NCBI GenBank assembly: GCA_030141605.1
Contig: JAQGDQ010000004.1
Location: 868,001-932,000, forward strand
DNA from: Tubiluchus corallicola
Taxonomy: Eukaryota > Animalia > Priapulida
DNA length: 64,000 nucleotides
Direction: 5' to 3'
The notes under the pieces were generated by a model. It made no database searches. It had not been told where the DNA came from and saw only the letters and a program-made list of their open reading frames with translations. Shown piece after piece: positions 40,801-51,125 of the stretch. Position numbers and translations under genes: made by a program. The stretch's first letter is position 1; each line of letters begins with the position of its first letter.

Positions 40801-43408
40801 ACAAATCTGCCATGTATGACGAACTTCCACGGTCGGCAACAATCGACAGTTTGACAGATACAAAGAACCTTCCTCCAAGCGTAACATCTAGCGGATATGG
40901 TTCGCAAGGTTTTTCTCATACTCTTTCGTCTGAAGATTCCATGAGCTTACACAGCATTAGCATTGATGAAACTCCTGATATCGACAGCATCCGGCTTCGG
41001 GATAACACTCTCGACAATTTCGACGAGGATCAAGAGAACTGCGAGAGTGGTGATGAAAACATGAGAGACGTAAAAGAAGATAGTAGCACGTTGATCGAGG
41101 ATTTGGATGAGGAAAATCGAGAAATGTGTGCTATGGAAGATTCGTTAAAGGACCAAAGCCTTTTGGACTTTGGTGACATTCCAGATAATATCGCTGCCCC
41201 TTTAGAACCAATATCTTCACCTATTTCCAATGATAATGTTAATAATGTGAAAGTCGAAGAAGAAAGCGTACAACATACTATTGACACAGGTGTCTTTCGA
41301 TGTCCACTATCCGGAGCTATTTTATCAGAGAATTTGCTTTCGCAAAGCAGTGTTTTGAAAAACAATGGTAGGCATGCTGCATCCATTGAATTTAGTGAAA
41401 ACAGTGACTCTAGAACAAATGTCACTAAGGACAATGTACTAATAAATAATGTACAACATTCCCAGCTAGATTCAACAAGAAATGACAGGGATAATCTGGA
41501 AAACGATAAAAATTCTAACATTCTTTTATTGTTTGATAATGGCCCAGAACAGAATTTTGAATTAGAACAGTCTGACATATTATCGTCAAATACCAGCAAT
41601 TTGTCACCTGAAAGCAAAAACAACAGAGGTGATAAAGACATAATGCCAGATCAAGAACCATTAATAGATCTAACCACAACAAATGCTAGCATATCATTAG
41701 AACCAGCAGAAAAAGGTGGCTTCCATCCTGAACTTACACATATAAGCAAGCAGCTAAACATCGATGAGCAGAGGCCTAAGTCGGACTCATTTAGTTCCAG
41801 TTGTGCGGATGATGAGAGATTATCTGGTAATTATTAATTTTCTTTGCCACTTGTTTGTTAGTCACTTATAGAAAAATGATCTTGAATATTGATTTAAAAA
41901 TTGTTAGTTCCTGAAAGATTTTCTTTATAAAAAAGATTTTCTTTGATGTGTTGCACTGCCGTTGTTAGAGATTATCTAATTGTCTATATTATGTTTGTGT
42001 AATATAGATAGTGAAGAGGGCAGCACTTGTTCTTTCGGAAGTCGAGCGGACATTCACCGTGCCACCGATCCACTTCCCTCTTGGATATCTCCTGGCGTCG
42101 CTGTGTGTGTCTCTCCATATAATTTATATGGTTTTGTCAGATATGTTGGTACAGCAGACTTTGCTTCTGGTACCTGGGTGGGAGTGGAATTAGACAAAGC
42201 AGCTGGTAACTTTTAGATCAAACATTTTGCCGAAACATCCCCCACACAGCATTGTTAGCAGTCTTAATGGTAGCATTTTAATTGTGTGTGCATTTGTGGT
42301 GCTGGTGCTATCACTAAGCAAACTAGTCGACTGCTTGGGGCATAGACCTCAGAGGGTGCAAAACTGAATCATTTTATGCAAACTGTTCTTTTGAGAAAAG
42401 CACAGTAAAACAAAAATACAACAATTCCTTGATGTGGTTAAATTGGCCCTAAACTTTATCATAAAAGCAACCAAACTGAGTGAAATGGAAACTACCATAT
42501 GACATTTTTAATGTTGTTATCTTTTTGTCTTTTTTATCATTGTAATAAAATATTTGCCAAAGTAGTGTTTCAAATTTTATCTTGTGTTTTATACATCTAA
42601 CTTTTAGTTATAGCTCAAACTTAGAACAGTATTTTTTTGTAATTTCCATTTGCATTACATTGCAAGCAGTGTAATGTCATTTTTTAAGTGAAAGCCTATT
42701 TGCCCCAATTGTAAGATAGCAAGGATGTACAAAGCGACTGCTACACCTCACCTGTAAGATTGGCTATGTTAACATCTTACAAAGCTAGTTTTGAAAATTA
42801 AAATAAATTTAAGAATTTCAGATTTTGTGGTTTTATTTTTCTATACAAATATGTTTTTGATTAAAAATAGAAGTCAACATGAGTGGGATGCAAGTAGCTG
42901 GCCTCGCACAGGATGGGAGGTAGTTCGGCAACGGCCCTGTGTGTGTGCTTGCGTCCGTGCATGTGTATGCACATGTGTGTAATTTTAATTTTGCTGAGAC
43001 ATGCATCTATTTATAGGCTATCAAAGATTTTGCCAAAAAGGGTTTCAAGATTGAAGCATGCATCGGCTAAACACACTTTTTAGATAACTTATTAGCAGAA
43101 TTAGCCTCGTGTTTTGCCACTTGCATAGTTTGAACTTTTTTAGGATTGTCAATTTTTACATGATTTCACTTTCAGGTAAAAACAATGGCATGGTGAAGGG
43201 TCGCAGGTATTTTACTTGTAAGCCCAAGCATGGATTGTTTGTCCGACATGACAAGCTGGTGCTACAGAAACGAAAAGGTCACTCAGCAGCCGCCTTGTCA
43301 CCTGCACAGAAAACTCTTCGTATTGGCAGCGGAACACAAGATGTAGGTTCACCTGCATTTATGAAAGCTACCGCTGCAAGTTCTGCCAAAAAATATAGCC
43401 ATCAGTAG
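962..43408 (+). CDS. KIF13B: Kinesin-3 family motor KIF13A/B (Khc-73/KLP-4 type, CAP-Gly-containing), 5'-partial, 29 exons
   Basis: Manually spliced exons with GT-AG sites and consistent phases total 5535 nt (1844 aa + stop). Motifs include the kinesin switch [35 protein letters not shown] and [12 protein letters not shown]; the kinesin-3 [18 protein letters not shown]; an FHA domain; KIF13 stalk blocks ([37 protein letters not shown]); and a terminal CAP-Gly ([17 protein letters not shown]...HGLFVR). Confidence 0.95.
2605..2722 (+). CDS. KIF13B: KIF13 exon (motor: [15 protein letters not shown]...[14 protein letters not shown])
   Basis: ttctag/gtaaga; phase 2->0. Confidence 0.95.
3107..3319 (+). 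CDS. KIF13B: KIF13 exon (motor end, neck coil: [17 protein letters not shown]...[17 protein letters not shown])
   Basis: cttag/gtgagc; 213 nt, phase 0->0. Confidence 0.95.
4670..4774 (+). CDS. KIF13B: KIF13 exon (CC1: [35 protein letters not shown])
   Basis: aatag/gtaagt; 105 nt; kinesin-3 TWEEKL-like motif. Confidence 0.92.
6579..6761. repeat. ~183 bp intronic element, copy 1
   Basis: Direct copy at 7968-8151; partial inverted copy at 6842-6898. Confidence 0.9.
6842..6898 (-). repeat. Inverted partial copy of the 6655-6710 segment
   Basis: Reverse complement matches catatagttgcaatgactttgacca...gggagtcat. Confidence 0.85.
7695..7818. repeat. Compound microsatellite: G-run, (GA)n, (TA)n
   Basis: Directly visible. 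Confidence 0.97.
7968..8151. repeat. ~184 bp intronic element, copy 2
   Basis: Roughly 85% identical (by eye) to 6579-6761. Confidence 0.9.
12514..13282. repeat. Tandem duplication, 2 x 384 bp (12514-12897, 12899-13282)
   Basis: Copies appear identical by eye; period 385. Confidence 0.95.
15231..15365 (+). CDS. KIF13B: KIF13 exon ([20 protein letters not shown]...[19 protein letters not shown])
   Basis: ttttag/gtaaac; 135 nt; not in ORF track; isolated between two 10 kb introns. Confidence 0.95.
26014..26150 (+). CDS. KIF13B: KIF13 exon (FHA domain part 1)
   Basis: [28 protein letters not shown]; tgtag/gtatgt. Confidence 0.93.
26707..26828 (+). CDS. KIF13B: KIF13 exon (FHA domain part 2)
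   Basis: TCVNGSLI...[20 protein letters not shown]; tgcag/gtgagt. Confidence 0.93.
26979..27134 (+). CDS. KIF13B: KIF13 exon ([11 protein letters not shown]...[10 protein letters not shown])
   Basis: actag/gtaaaa; phase 1->1. Confidence 0.9.
27680..28360 (+). mobile_element. Decayed L2/CR1-group LINE ORF2 3' fragment
   Basis: Frameshifted peptides [42 protein letters not shown]...[24 protein letters not shown] and LKAYLF occur in the order typical of L2 RT C-termini. Confidence 0.85.
29126..29300 (+). CDS. KIF13B: KIF13 exon ([17 protein letters not shown]...)
   Basis: tacag/gttagt; phase 1->2. Confidence 0.9.
29491..29653 (+). CDS. KIF13B: KIF13 exon (MAGUK-binding stalk region: [23 protein letters not shown]...[15 protein letters not shown])
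   Basis: tacag/gtatca; phase 2->0. Confidence 0.92.
30121..30267 (+). CDS. KIF13B: KIF13 exon ([39 protein letters not shown])
   Basis: ttcag/gtaagg; 147 nt. Confidence 0.92.
31042..31188 (+). CDS. KIF13B: KIF13 exon ([41 protein letters not shown])
   Basis: tgtag/gtaagt; 147 nt. Confidence 0.93.
31639..31785 (+). CDS. KIF13B: KIF13 exon ([14 protein letters not shown]...QITVK)
   Basis: tgtag/gtatgc; 147 nt. Confidence 0.9.
31922..32098 (+). CDS. KIF13B: KIF13 exon ([24 protein letters not shown]...FNHEN)
   Basis: tttag/gtaagc; 177 nt. Confidence 0.92.
32486..32649 (+). CDS. KIF13B: KIF13 exon ([22 protein letters not shown]...)
   Basis: catag/gtatgt; phase 0->2. Confidence 0.92.
32761..32893 (+). 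CDS. KIF13B: KIF13 exon ([27 protein letters not shown]...GGVFQLRQ)
   Basis: tgcag/gtatga; phase 2->0. Confidence 0.92.
33207..34040. mobile_element. Possible degenerate pogo/Tigger-type MITE
   Basis: Begins TA|CAG..CCGCTTAAT; the subterminal motif CAACTGATTC(A/T)ATTA(G/A)CC recurs near both ends (~33264 and ~33985); right terminus is poorly defined. Confidence 0.4.
34193..34436 (+). CDS. KIF13B: KIF13 exon ([13 protein letters not shown]...[20 protein letters not shown])
   Basis: tacag/gtatca; phase 0->1. Confidence 0.93.
34499..34567. repeat. (GT)n/(GCGT)n microsatellite
   Basis: Directly visible. Confidence 0.9.
35029..35214 (+). CDS. KIF13B: KIF13 exon ([31 protein letters not shown]...)
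   Basis: tacag/gttagt; phase 1->1. Confidence 0.92.
35861..36033 (+). CDS. KIF13B: KIF13 exon (DDMS...[21 protein letters not shown]...)
   Basis: tgtag/gtaact; phase 1->0. Confidence 0.88.
36310..36582 (+). CDS. KIF13B: KIF13 exon ([31 protein letters not shown]...YEVVSNIPK)
   Basis: tacag/gtgaga; 273 nt. Confidence 0.93.
36903..37061 (+). CDS. KIF13B: KIF13 exon ([16 protein letters not shown]...[12 protein letters not shown])
   Basis: ttcag/gtaaca; 159 nt. Confidence 0.92.
37275..37352 (+). CDS. KIF13B: KIF13 exon ([26 protein letters not shown])
   Basis: tgcag/gtaagc; 78 nt. Confidence 0.88.
37700..37759 (+). CDS. KIF13B: KIF13 probable 60-nt cassette exon ([20 protein letters not shown])
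   Basis: ctctcttgcag acceptor, GAG|gtatta donor, open and frame-preserving (0->0), flanked by GCATG cluster. Confidence 0.65.
38653..38830 (+). CDS. KIF13B: KIF13 exon ([16 protein letters not shown]...KTPFSSL)
   Basis: cacag/gtaagt; phase 0->1. Confidence 0.8.
39051..39143 (+). CDS. KIF13B: KIF13 exon ([31 protein letters not shown])
   Basis: tgcag/gttaat; 93 nt, phase 1->1, open frame. Confidence 0.75.
39432..39505 (+). CDS. KIF13B: KIF13 candidate alternative terminal exon ([24 protein letters not shown])
   Basis: Branch-point-like CCCTAAT at ~39378 and cttgcag acceptor; phase-1 compatible with the preceding exon; in-frame TAA 39503-39505; AATAAA cluster at 40133-40189. Confidence 0.55.
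40419..40543 (+). CDS. KIF13B: KIF13 exon ([25 protein letters not shown]...)
   Basis: tttag/gtaaat; phase 1->0. Confidence 0.8.
40644..41826 (+). CDS. KIF13B: KIF13 large acidic/low-complexity tail exon (1183 nt)
   Basis: ttcag/gtaatt; 394 open codons; [29 protein letters not shown] block. Confidence 0.88.
42008..42205 (+). CDS. KIF13B: KIF13 exon (CAP-Gly N-part: [22 protein letters not shown])
   Basis: tatag/gtaact; phase 1->1. Confidence 0.93.
43176..43408 (+). CDS. KIF13B: KIF13 last exon (CAP-Gly C-part [24 protein letters not shown]...stop)
   Basis: ttcag acceptor; TAG at 43406-43408. Confidence 0.93.
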
Positions 43409-45092
43409 AAAATTATCCAGTCATTCACCTCATTATATACATAAATTAGAATGTAGTTAGTTGTATTATTAATTTAAAGGCCCTGTCATTAGGGAGTTAT
43501 TAAATAAATAGTTTTTCGTGTCAGGGAGCTGTGAAATCACCAGATGTATTTTTTCTTGATTTGCATATGTAAGATTTCCATTTATGGAATTCTTTCAAAT
43601 GGCTAATTTATGTGTAAAGTTTCTGAATTATTATTAAATAACAACAACTCCAGATTATGTTACCTCACCAAGGCTTAATGACACTTCTGATAATAATGAA
43701 AGTATTAATTTGTTATTGTGTTAAATGTGATTTTTGCGTAAGTGTGAGTGCAACAAAAAGTTTAGACTACATTAATGTACATAATAGTGATTGTGTTAAA
43801 CGTTTGCATTGAAAATATATATCAAGCGGCTCTTTCATTAACAGTAGTGGTTGTTATATGTGCAGTGTTAATGTACAATGTCTGTAAACTCTGTAAAGTC
43901 AGCAAGCTTAGGTGAAATAGAAGTATCAGCTTTTAAAAAGGAATGTTAGTGGGTCTAATAATTTTTTTTGCAATTTTATTTTGCAATTTGGTTATAAATT
44001 TCGTCAAGTTTGTGGTTATTAGTGGCAGCTAAGGTCCTCTTAGACATTAGTAAAATATAATGTTATTTATTTTTTTTAAACTAAAATGGTTTCTAAGGAA
44101 TAATTTGTGTTGTCTTCTTGTGACAAATTACAGAAACCGGAATGGCCAATGTGATCTCAAAGAAAACTTGAAAACACCATCCAGAAAAATTAAATTTATG
44201 AAGTAAATTTGATGCTATTGAAAGATACTTTTTGTTTGGTATTCTCTTGATACTTCTGATTTTTATTTTCAGTTTATGTGCACTCTTTCAGAGATAAACA
44301 ATTTATGAGAGACTGTTGATATCTGTATGAAATTATTATTATCTGGTGATAAAGGGTAATTATTTTAGCTAAGGAACATTATTTTAGCCCATTTAGACTG
44401 TTATAACCACAAAGAAAACTGATTATTTATGTGTGTTGGTGATGTACAGTGTATTAGGTTATCTACTTACATAATTTAAAGCCAAATTTTAATTTTTTTG
44501 TATCATAATTGTGACTATTATTTATGCATATGTTATTACATTTCGAACAATCACGAAAATGTCTTGCATTGTTATGCCAAATATTTTGTTTTTAAGTATA
44601 CCTTTCCCATTTTAAAGTGTATAATTAATTATACTATTATAATTTGTTTTGCCATGTATATTTTAGCATATAATTTTTTGATTGCTTAAATTTTAGCGAA
44701 CCTTTATTTTGGTAACTTAGTCTTTATTAATTTATGTAAATTGAGATTTTAGAAGCAATGGTTTTACTTTGGGTGACGAACAATGCTTTCAATAATTAGT
44801 TGGACATATAATTTTTCTGTGTAAATAATTTGTTGTTGTTTATGCTTATAATTAAATTATAAAGCTTAAGGCTATGTGATAGCAATTACCAATGAGAAAG
44901 TGTCTGCAATGTAATTATTTAAAAGAACTTATGAAGCAATCATTAACTTGTCAACCAGAAACTACAGTTTCCTGGTAAATAATTCAGCAAAAATTTAACA
45001 TGTCATGAATATCGTAATTAGAGCAAATCTTGTTCGAAAGTTATTCTATTTTCATTTTGTGAACTGATCAAAATATTTCACCTTGCTGAAAA

Positions 45093-45098
45093 AATAAA
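45093..45098 (+). other. Candidate polyadenylation signal ending the KIF13 3' UTR
   Basis: AATAAA ~1.7 kb after the stop, followed by T-rich sequence; other AATAAA hexamers exist (e.g. ~43503, ~45192). Confidence 0.35.
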
Positions 45099-45513
45099 TT
45101 GTTTTAATTAAATACTAAGGTCTCCTGGCTGTCTTATTTCCCTTTTCGACTACTTTCTTATTGTCCATATAATACTTATCAGAAATTTAATAATAAATTG
45201 TCAATTTAATGAAAACCTGTACAAATTGTCAAAGCCAGCTGTTGTAGCCATTCTTCATTTATATGGCTTGGAATTTATAATGATTTCTAAAAAAAACTAG
45301 TAAAACAGTTAAATTTAAAAAATATATGTAGGCCTGCATAAATGTCACTTTATGGTAACTAACACAGATTATTTTTGCTGTTAAATGATGTAGAAATTGT
45401 GTAAAAACAAAAATGATACAGGGAACTTAAACAGAAATGAAATTTTACCATTTCACTTCGGGACTAGTTCTATTACTATTGAAAATTATCAATGTACTTA
45501 AGACAAAATTATA

Positions 45514-46518
45514 TTAAGAAGTAGAAAATCGTCTTCTTTCAATATTCATTCTAGTCACTCCAATTTGCGTGAGAGGATTTTTATTCCTAAGTTTGACTGG
45601 CAGATCACAAAGATGCTCCTTCATTTCTTCAGCTTCTATCTGATCAGTGGCATCTTCTAAAATCTCTTCATAGATGACACTGCTTTGTTGCAGTTTCAGT
45701 TGTTGAATTTCTTTTCTGATCTTGATAAACTGTGCGGCTATTAACTGATCCTGAGCTTTTAATTCCATCTGTAAAAGCAAAAAACTGACAACAAAACTAG
45801 TATATTGTCAAAGCTGATTCTTGACTCGTGATTTAATAAGCATTGTCAGTATAGCCACCTTGTATTGAAAACATCGCATTTAATTGACAACGACACGAAT
45901 GCTAGCTCAAACCCGTGAATGACGGTGAAAAATGATCGAAAACAGCAGTCAAAACATAACAATGACGTTATAAGCTTATATGAACGACGATGACGAGAAA
46001 CTTACAGTGAATAGTGTAACAGTCATCAACTTTAGCTTTTCGCACGTGAAGAGCCATTCATTAATAAACTAGAACGACTACTCCAACTGCAAAAGAAGTG
46101 ATGTTAACACGAGGATACTTTGAAGGACAGTGACTTAGAAAGAAAAAGGGTTGTACACAAGTGTTGTTAAAATTGTTGTACACAACGTACAAAAATTTGA
46201 TTCTTCATGAGTTGATATTGTTCAAACAAAATAATTTTTTATGCTTACTAATTCTTTCCTGAGAGTAGTTAATATCTTGTCCATCTGCATATTTCCGCCC
46301 GAGGTTATAATCTTTGTTTTGTTTTTATCTTCTTTGCGGTTATGAACTACCCCGTTTTTATTATTTATAAGCTCTAGTGGTTTAGTGTTTTCATTCACCT
46401 GTAAACTTAATCTTTTAACAATATTTTTAATGGTTTGCAAATCGTCTGTAACTAACACTTCTGGCTTAACATTGTCAGCTACCACTACTTCAGATTTTTC
46501 AGTGTCACAAGATGTCAT
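45514..46518 (-). CDS. FAM167A: FAM167-family protein, 2 coding exons (46518-46249, 45768-45514), 174 aa
   Basis: Spliced ...LTTLRKEL|MELKAQDQLIAAQFIKIRKEIQQLKL...ILEDAT...LCDLP...PLTQIGVTRMNIERRRFSTS matches the FAM167 C-terminal signature (LRKEL.EMR.QDQQLARQL...PLK.IGVTKMNINSRRFSLC); GTAAGC donor, ttttacAG acceptor, phase 0. Confidence 0.9.
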
Positions 46519-48765
46519 TTTGCTTTTGCTTGACTTTGTAAACACTACGTGGACAAGCGCGTAGCTTTGATATTCCTTGTTGAGAGGTGCTGAGGCTACT
46601 AGTACTGAGGTGGCGGATAATGAGATCCTGAGCAGCGAGGAATTATACTGAATTTGCAAGCATTGAAGAAACGTGTTTCAGTTGTGTGTTTCAGTTCTTA
46701 GCTCTGCGCAATGAAAACATCTATACAGTTCCGACATTTCTTTTTAATCTTGCAGTTATTTTCCAAATTGTTCTTCTGCATTCAATTTTCCTATGACACC
46801 TAACATTGGACACCTAGTAACTGTATCCAACGACAAAATTGAAATTGAGCCGTTTTAAAATGCGCACTACTTGTCTGGTCTACTATAAGCTTTAGCGCAT
46901 CACTGTCAGCACGTGCCACTACACATAACAAGAACGGACATCCTCTTCTACATGAACTTCAGAAATACTGCTTGCCGTCGCACTACTGTCTTCCAGTGAA
47001 TGTCATGTATTCTCAATTAGTGTGACACTCTAACCGTCACAGGAGTTAATTGCTGCAAAAATTTCTACAGTGCTTTGCGAAAGACTCACTCCGATTTTTC
47101 CGTTACGATTATAATGATTATACAGCTAATGTATGTACATATACACATTGATTTGCGTGCCATATACTCTTTAAGTGTCATAAAACCAATGACCTCATAA
47201 AATAAGTCAGTAGTTTATATAGACGTGCACATTATCTTTACAGCTTTCTGCTCCAATTTGTATGTAATTTTGTATCCCCGCGAGCACTTTGAACGACACC
47301 ACAGCATATAAACATGTTTTTAAGTTGTCCTGGATGGTGTGGCTTGCGTTAATATAATTATATAAGCACAATAAAAGTAAGGCATATACTAATATTTTTC
47401 TGTGTCTTGCAGCTTTTGCTCACGCTGGGTTCCCTGTGGACTAGATATGGTTGCTCTGTTATGACAGATGTAGGTCTTGCGTTAGGTATATCACAGAATG
47501 AATATTCTATGCATCCAAAAATGTAGAGTTAGTTTCAAATAATTTTAAACGTAAACGCGAACAGAAACTGCTAAGCGTGATTATAAATTTAACAACGAAA
47601 TATTAATATTTTTCACCATAATCTTTTATGTACGTCATTTTCTTGTTTACTTCCCGCATGAAAGAACCGCAACTTACACCCGCCGGATAGCTATAATAAC
47701 TATGATCGGTAATTGATCAATATAATACTATTTGCAGCGATCATATGCATTTGTCTGCTAATAATTAGGTTTATTCTGATCACTGTAGAGATATTATGGC
47801 GACCAATTAGGCCTATTCAGTCACTCATTGCAGTTCGTCTTGTGCAATGGAATACAGGCATTTACACAGATCACATAATACACAGTTGTATGATTCAGAA
47901 AAAGCGTTCTGTAAGCAGACGGTATAACCTCGTGCGCTCTTATTCAGCAAATAACATCTTCTTGTGCTACTTTTTGGTCCCTGCTAAAATAAACGTAATA
48001 GTAATGAAAAGCAGGCTAAAACTGTAACAATAACACTTGAAGCAAGTTCGCAAGCCTATTCGAAAATAAACAGAACATACGCACGCTTTAAGAACAGAAC
48101 CAAGAAGTTATTCAGATCTTAACCGTGTTATTATTTACGCCCTAAAATAACGCTGGTAAAGCACGGTTCAAAACATAATGCGTTCTGGCCGCAGCAACTG
48201 ATGTCAATGAATTGTAAGCTTTTGTGTCTACTTTCATGCAGAAGTTAAACTGTCTTAAACAGAGCGTTTGATTCATATTGACCGTATGACCCGTAAACTA
48301 GGCTAATTCTGCCATCTGACTAATAAGATTGTTTTCAAAAATAACCGAGCGTAGAGCTCTCACAGGTAGAAACTGAATATTTTTGTGTTCACATATTAGT
48401 GAGGTCAACTAACGTCCGGACCTGCTTTAACTTTGTCTAGAAAGGACCTGCTTTAGGGTACTCAGGCAGTACATCCTTATTAGACAAAATTCAACAAATA
48501 CTTAAGGGAATAATGGATGCCAAGGTCATGACAGATAATTGTTAAATTATGTAACTTCGTTTTCAAAAATCAAACTTTTTCGCTAAACGTTCCCACATTC
48601 GGTAGATTTAATTGCAAAAACTTAATAATTGCGTGTTTATTCTATTATTAGTTGATAACCTTAATGCGAAAGTACAAAAGCGATATTAGGTACTAATGTT
48701 ACTTTTTTAGTAAAAATGTCATAAATCTCTGCATTAAGATTTCCTTATATCAAAAAGACATACAC

Positions 48766-49662
48766 GAAATTTTGGGGTAGACTCGCTTCACAGAAAAAAA
48801 AATTGCCAGAAAAAATTTTTCCTTGACAAAAAATTTCCCACGTTTAAACAACGTGTGTTGATTAATACCGATTATATGATAGAATAAATTGCTTAATTGC
48901 TTCAGGCGATTGCTTATATCAAGAAAATAAATTTGTAACGTCAGAACGATTACATAGCGAATCATGTTGATCTTGGCATATAAGCTATAGTGAGTAATCA
49001 CTGCGCGTGATTGGCTACCGAAGTGAAGCAATGTCGAGCCTGACAACTGATTAGTTGGGTGACTGCTTATGGAATCATACTTTGGGCATGCCCTTTCATT
49101 GCTATGCCGAATTAATTTGCTGATTAAGGGAGGACACCTCTGCTTCTTCAATATTTCATCTGACAGGATTATTTTAAAACCGAACTAGAAACCTGGCCTG
49201 CCATACAAGAACCTGTAAAAAAATCTTGTGAAGGAGCAATTTATTGGGCAAATTTAGACTCCTACATAAGGCTCGATGTTTATTTTCAAGATTGTTTATT
49301 AAACTTTATTTCAAATCTTTTGAAATTCAATTAAATTTGAGGCAAATATGTGGCAAAAGATGCAAATTGGTTCTAATTTAACGCTAAAATTTGTTACAAA
49401 GTAAAACATTATCTCAAAAAATTAAAACAAGATTGACCTCTAAAACAAAATTAGGTCTAAAACTTATTTATCAACATTGAATTTGAAAAAAAATCGAAGA
49501 TTTTACCCTACTAAAAATAGCAGATCTTGCAACTGAAAAGCAGATCGCGATTTTTCTGTTAAAAATATTTCTGGGAAATACCAATTCTAAGAAAGATATT
49601 TACTGGGGGAAAAAGTTTTCTGGGAAACTCTTTTTGTGGGAAACCTACCTAAACCCAAATTT
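48766..49662. mobile_element. Possible degenerate MITE with imperfect inverted ends
   Basis: Left end aatttggggtag..ttcacagaaaa..ccagaaaaaatttttcc..tttccca mirrors right end ctgggaaa..aaaagttttctgggaaactctttttgtgggaaacctacctaaacccaaatt. Confidence 0.45.
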
Positions 49663-49936
49663 TTATACAACTCCACAAACCAAAAACTGTTACAACGTTT
49701 CTTCTTTAAAAATATGACAATAAGCCGCCTGCAAAAAATAAGTAAGGCCTTTCCTCGTTATAATTGCAATTAGTATAGATCTATCCAAGTTATTTTCTGA
49801 TAAATTCTTCAAAACGTTAAATTTATCCATGAACAGGAGTTGAAGACTATCTGACATAGACTGTTCTTACGGTGGGCGGAAAAATGGCTATCTTTAACTT
49901 TGCTTATTATTGTGTATAACCTCGTAAGATGACTTG

Positions 49937-50345
49937 GTACGTATATTTGTCAGTCTATTACCATTGCCAAAATTGATGGTTAAAACGGTAGATAAACACT
50001 ATGTGGGACATTCGTGCGTTATTGATTATAAATCTATTTAATGAACAAATATTTTGTGAGTCTTTTCCTAGTCTATATGATACCAGGCACATTTTTGTGC
50101 ATTTTCTTGTTTATCTTTGTGTTATTTTTGTTAATCAAAAGAATCAGACGAATAAGTTTAGGATTGTTCGACTTTGGCAGATATCAGCTTCCTACTGTGC
50201 GCAAATTAGTTTTATTATAGAAATCAATCGCATTAAGATAATGTATGTGCCATTTTTTCCTACTTTTCCATTTGTGCCAATTTTACCTACTTCTCCATTT
50301 GTGCCATTTTCCCTGTGATATTTTTTCCTGCGGCATTTTTACCAC
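49937..50345 (+). repeat. ~400 bp repeat, left arm of an inverted pair
   Basis: Reverse complement of 52075-52496 aligns along the whole length; internal TGTGCCATTTT subrepeats. Confidence 0.9.
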
Positions 50346-50927
50346 GCAACAGTACTGTGATACAACACTAGTCAAACTGCTCCGCTAGTTGTACTAACGC
50401 TCAGTTTTGATGAGAATAGATTTTTTGTGACGAACATTTCTGTTATTGCTGTTTTTTGTGTTGCACTAGATATTTTTGAAATGAAATTTTGTCATAGTTT
50501 ACTAAATTGCTAATGTACACGTATGTACATTAATTTTAAAAGCAACTCACAAAAAAATATAAAATTGGGGCGAAGAGCCAGAAAGTGCAAAGTTGGTTTA
50601 CTTATCTTAATTGTTAATTTACTTATCACTTATTACTGCACATGTTAATTTAGTGAAGCCATGATTAAAAAATATTGTGAGAGTTAGGAAATTATAGTTA
50701 GTCATTAAATAATAGGTGCAAGATTAAACTGTTATGTTGTAATGTTAAAATCTAATGTCGAAAATAACTGTATTTTTCTCTATAATGCACTACGGTGATG
50801 CTTTTCATACGTAGGGCCTATAACTTTCCTACAAATATTAACTCTTATTCAAGGGCGCCTTTTTTATAAGAAAATTAGTTAGTTTACTATCTAAGGTAGT
50901 CAGTCAGTCAGTTAATTGGAGAAGTGG

Positions 50928-51125
50928 CTTTGACAGTTTAGTGGTACAGGCAGATTCGTCGGTATAGTAGATTCGACGGATCTGGCGGTGTGGCAGGTTC
51001 GTCAGGTTTGGCGGGTTTGTCAGGTTTGGAATGGTATGACACATTTGGCAGATTTGGTAGGTTTGACGGTATCGTAGATTTGTCAGGTTTGGCGGTATGG
51101 CTTATTTGGCGGATTTGGTAGGCTT
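50928..51125. repeat. Degenerate 8-9 bp minisatellite (GGTTTGGCR-like)
   Basis: About 20 degenerate units; a related shorter array occurs at 53108-53150. Confidence 0.8.

Noticed and set aside
41030-41641. 203-aa minus-strand ORF (and 40686-40919)
   Set aside because: Antisense shadow of the large KIF13 tail exon; S/L/F-rich composition expected from the reverse complement of an acidic exon.
47713-49151. ORFs 47713-48027 (+) and 48750-49151 (-)
   Set aside because: Non-ATG starts, AT-rich random-like composition, overlap with a probable MITE; no domain similarity.
50928-51125. 9-bp repeat as a collagen-like Gly-X-Y coding segment
   Set aside because: Units of 8 and 9 bp break the frame; no ORF or splice sites.
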